DNA from: Promethearchaeota archaeon
GTDB lineage: Archaea; Asgardarchaeota; Odinarchaeia; Odinarchaeales; JBHLKK01
Length of the DNA: 15,966 bases
Direction: 5' to 3'
Assembly: GCA_048939465.1 (NCBI GenBank)
Contig: JBHLPL010000040.1
Coordinates: 1 to 15,966, forward strand
Shown: positions 15,703-15,966 of the stretch, piece after piece
How the letters are laid out: every line of letters starts with the position of its first letter
Position numbering within the stretch: the first letter of the stretch is position 1
Notes under the pieces: generated by a model
What the model was told of the DNA's origin: nothing
Database searches by the model: none
What the model saw: only the letters and a program-made list of their open reading frames with translations
Position numbers and translations under genes: made by a program

Positions 15703-15720
15703 TTAGAACATATGTTCTAA
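15703..15720. promoter_or_regulatory. Perfect 18-bp palindrome, candidate operator
   Basis: TTAGAACAT|ATGTTCTAA, about 27 nt upstream of a CTTAAATA box (15747-15754) that precedes the transporter gene. Confidence 0.55.
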
Positions 15721-15815
15721 CAAGTCCATCCTCGCAAAGCAATAATCTTAAATACTTGCTTTTCTCTGTGCCTTTGCAGAAGCCTCAATGGAGATAAAAG
15801 GAAGGAATAATTGAT

Positions 15816-15966
15816 ATGTCGAAAGAAGAAACTGCAAATCCAGCTCCTCTTGGTCTGGCGGGTTTTGGTCTAACCACAGTACTGTTAAATATAATAAACG
15901 CTGGGCTCGTACCTGTTGAAAGCATTGGTATAATTCTTCCCATGGGTCTTTTCTACGGAGGGCTGG
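15816..15966 (+). CDS. satP: SatP/AceTr (GPR1/FUN34/YaaH) acetate uptake transporter, 5' partial
   Basis: My translation is [50 protein letters not shown], which carries the family signature NPAPLGLxGF. Runs off the window end and is absent from the ORF track. Confidence 0.88.
   Translation, partial: MSKEETANPAPLGLAGFGLTTVLLNIINAGLVPVESIGIILPMGLFYGGL

Noticed and set aside
1-15966. CRISPR array, IS element, rRNA or tRNA, or genome-wide stop-codon recoding
   Set aside because: No spaced direct repeats, transposase motifs or RNA gene signatures were seen, and TAG, TGA and TAA all end well-supported genes normally.

Overview
Archaeal chromosomal window with archaeal TATA boxes, GGAGG/GGTGA ribosome-binding sites and archaeal lipid and redox genes. 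Two longin-like genes point to an Asgard archaeon (inference). Gene order: tetraether lipid synthase (Tes/GDGT-MAS), Nudix hydrolase, short RNase Z-like MBL hydrolase, a possible small protein, and a minus-strand three-gene operon (longin + winged-helix-like protein, stand-alone longin-like protein, single-domain KaiC/RAD55-like ATPase). These are followed by a full-length RtcB homolog lacking its catalytic His and most metal ligands, a PAP2-like membrane protein, and an operon of class II ribonucleotide reductase (with a 406-aa LAGLIDADG intein at the catalytic Cys), cob(I)alamin adenosyltransferase and an MTH1187-family protein. The window ends with a redox cluster (protein disulfide oxidoreductase, HTH regulator, thioredoxin), two tandem Usp paralogs and the 5' end of a SatP/AceTr acetate transporter. 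The best candidates for undescribed biology are the longin-longin-KaiC module and the RtcB pseudo-ligase. No rRNA, tRNA, CRISPR array or transposase was recognised. All family calls come from motif recognition by eye, not from database searches.
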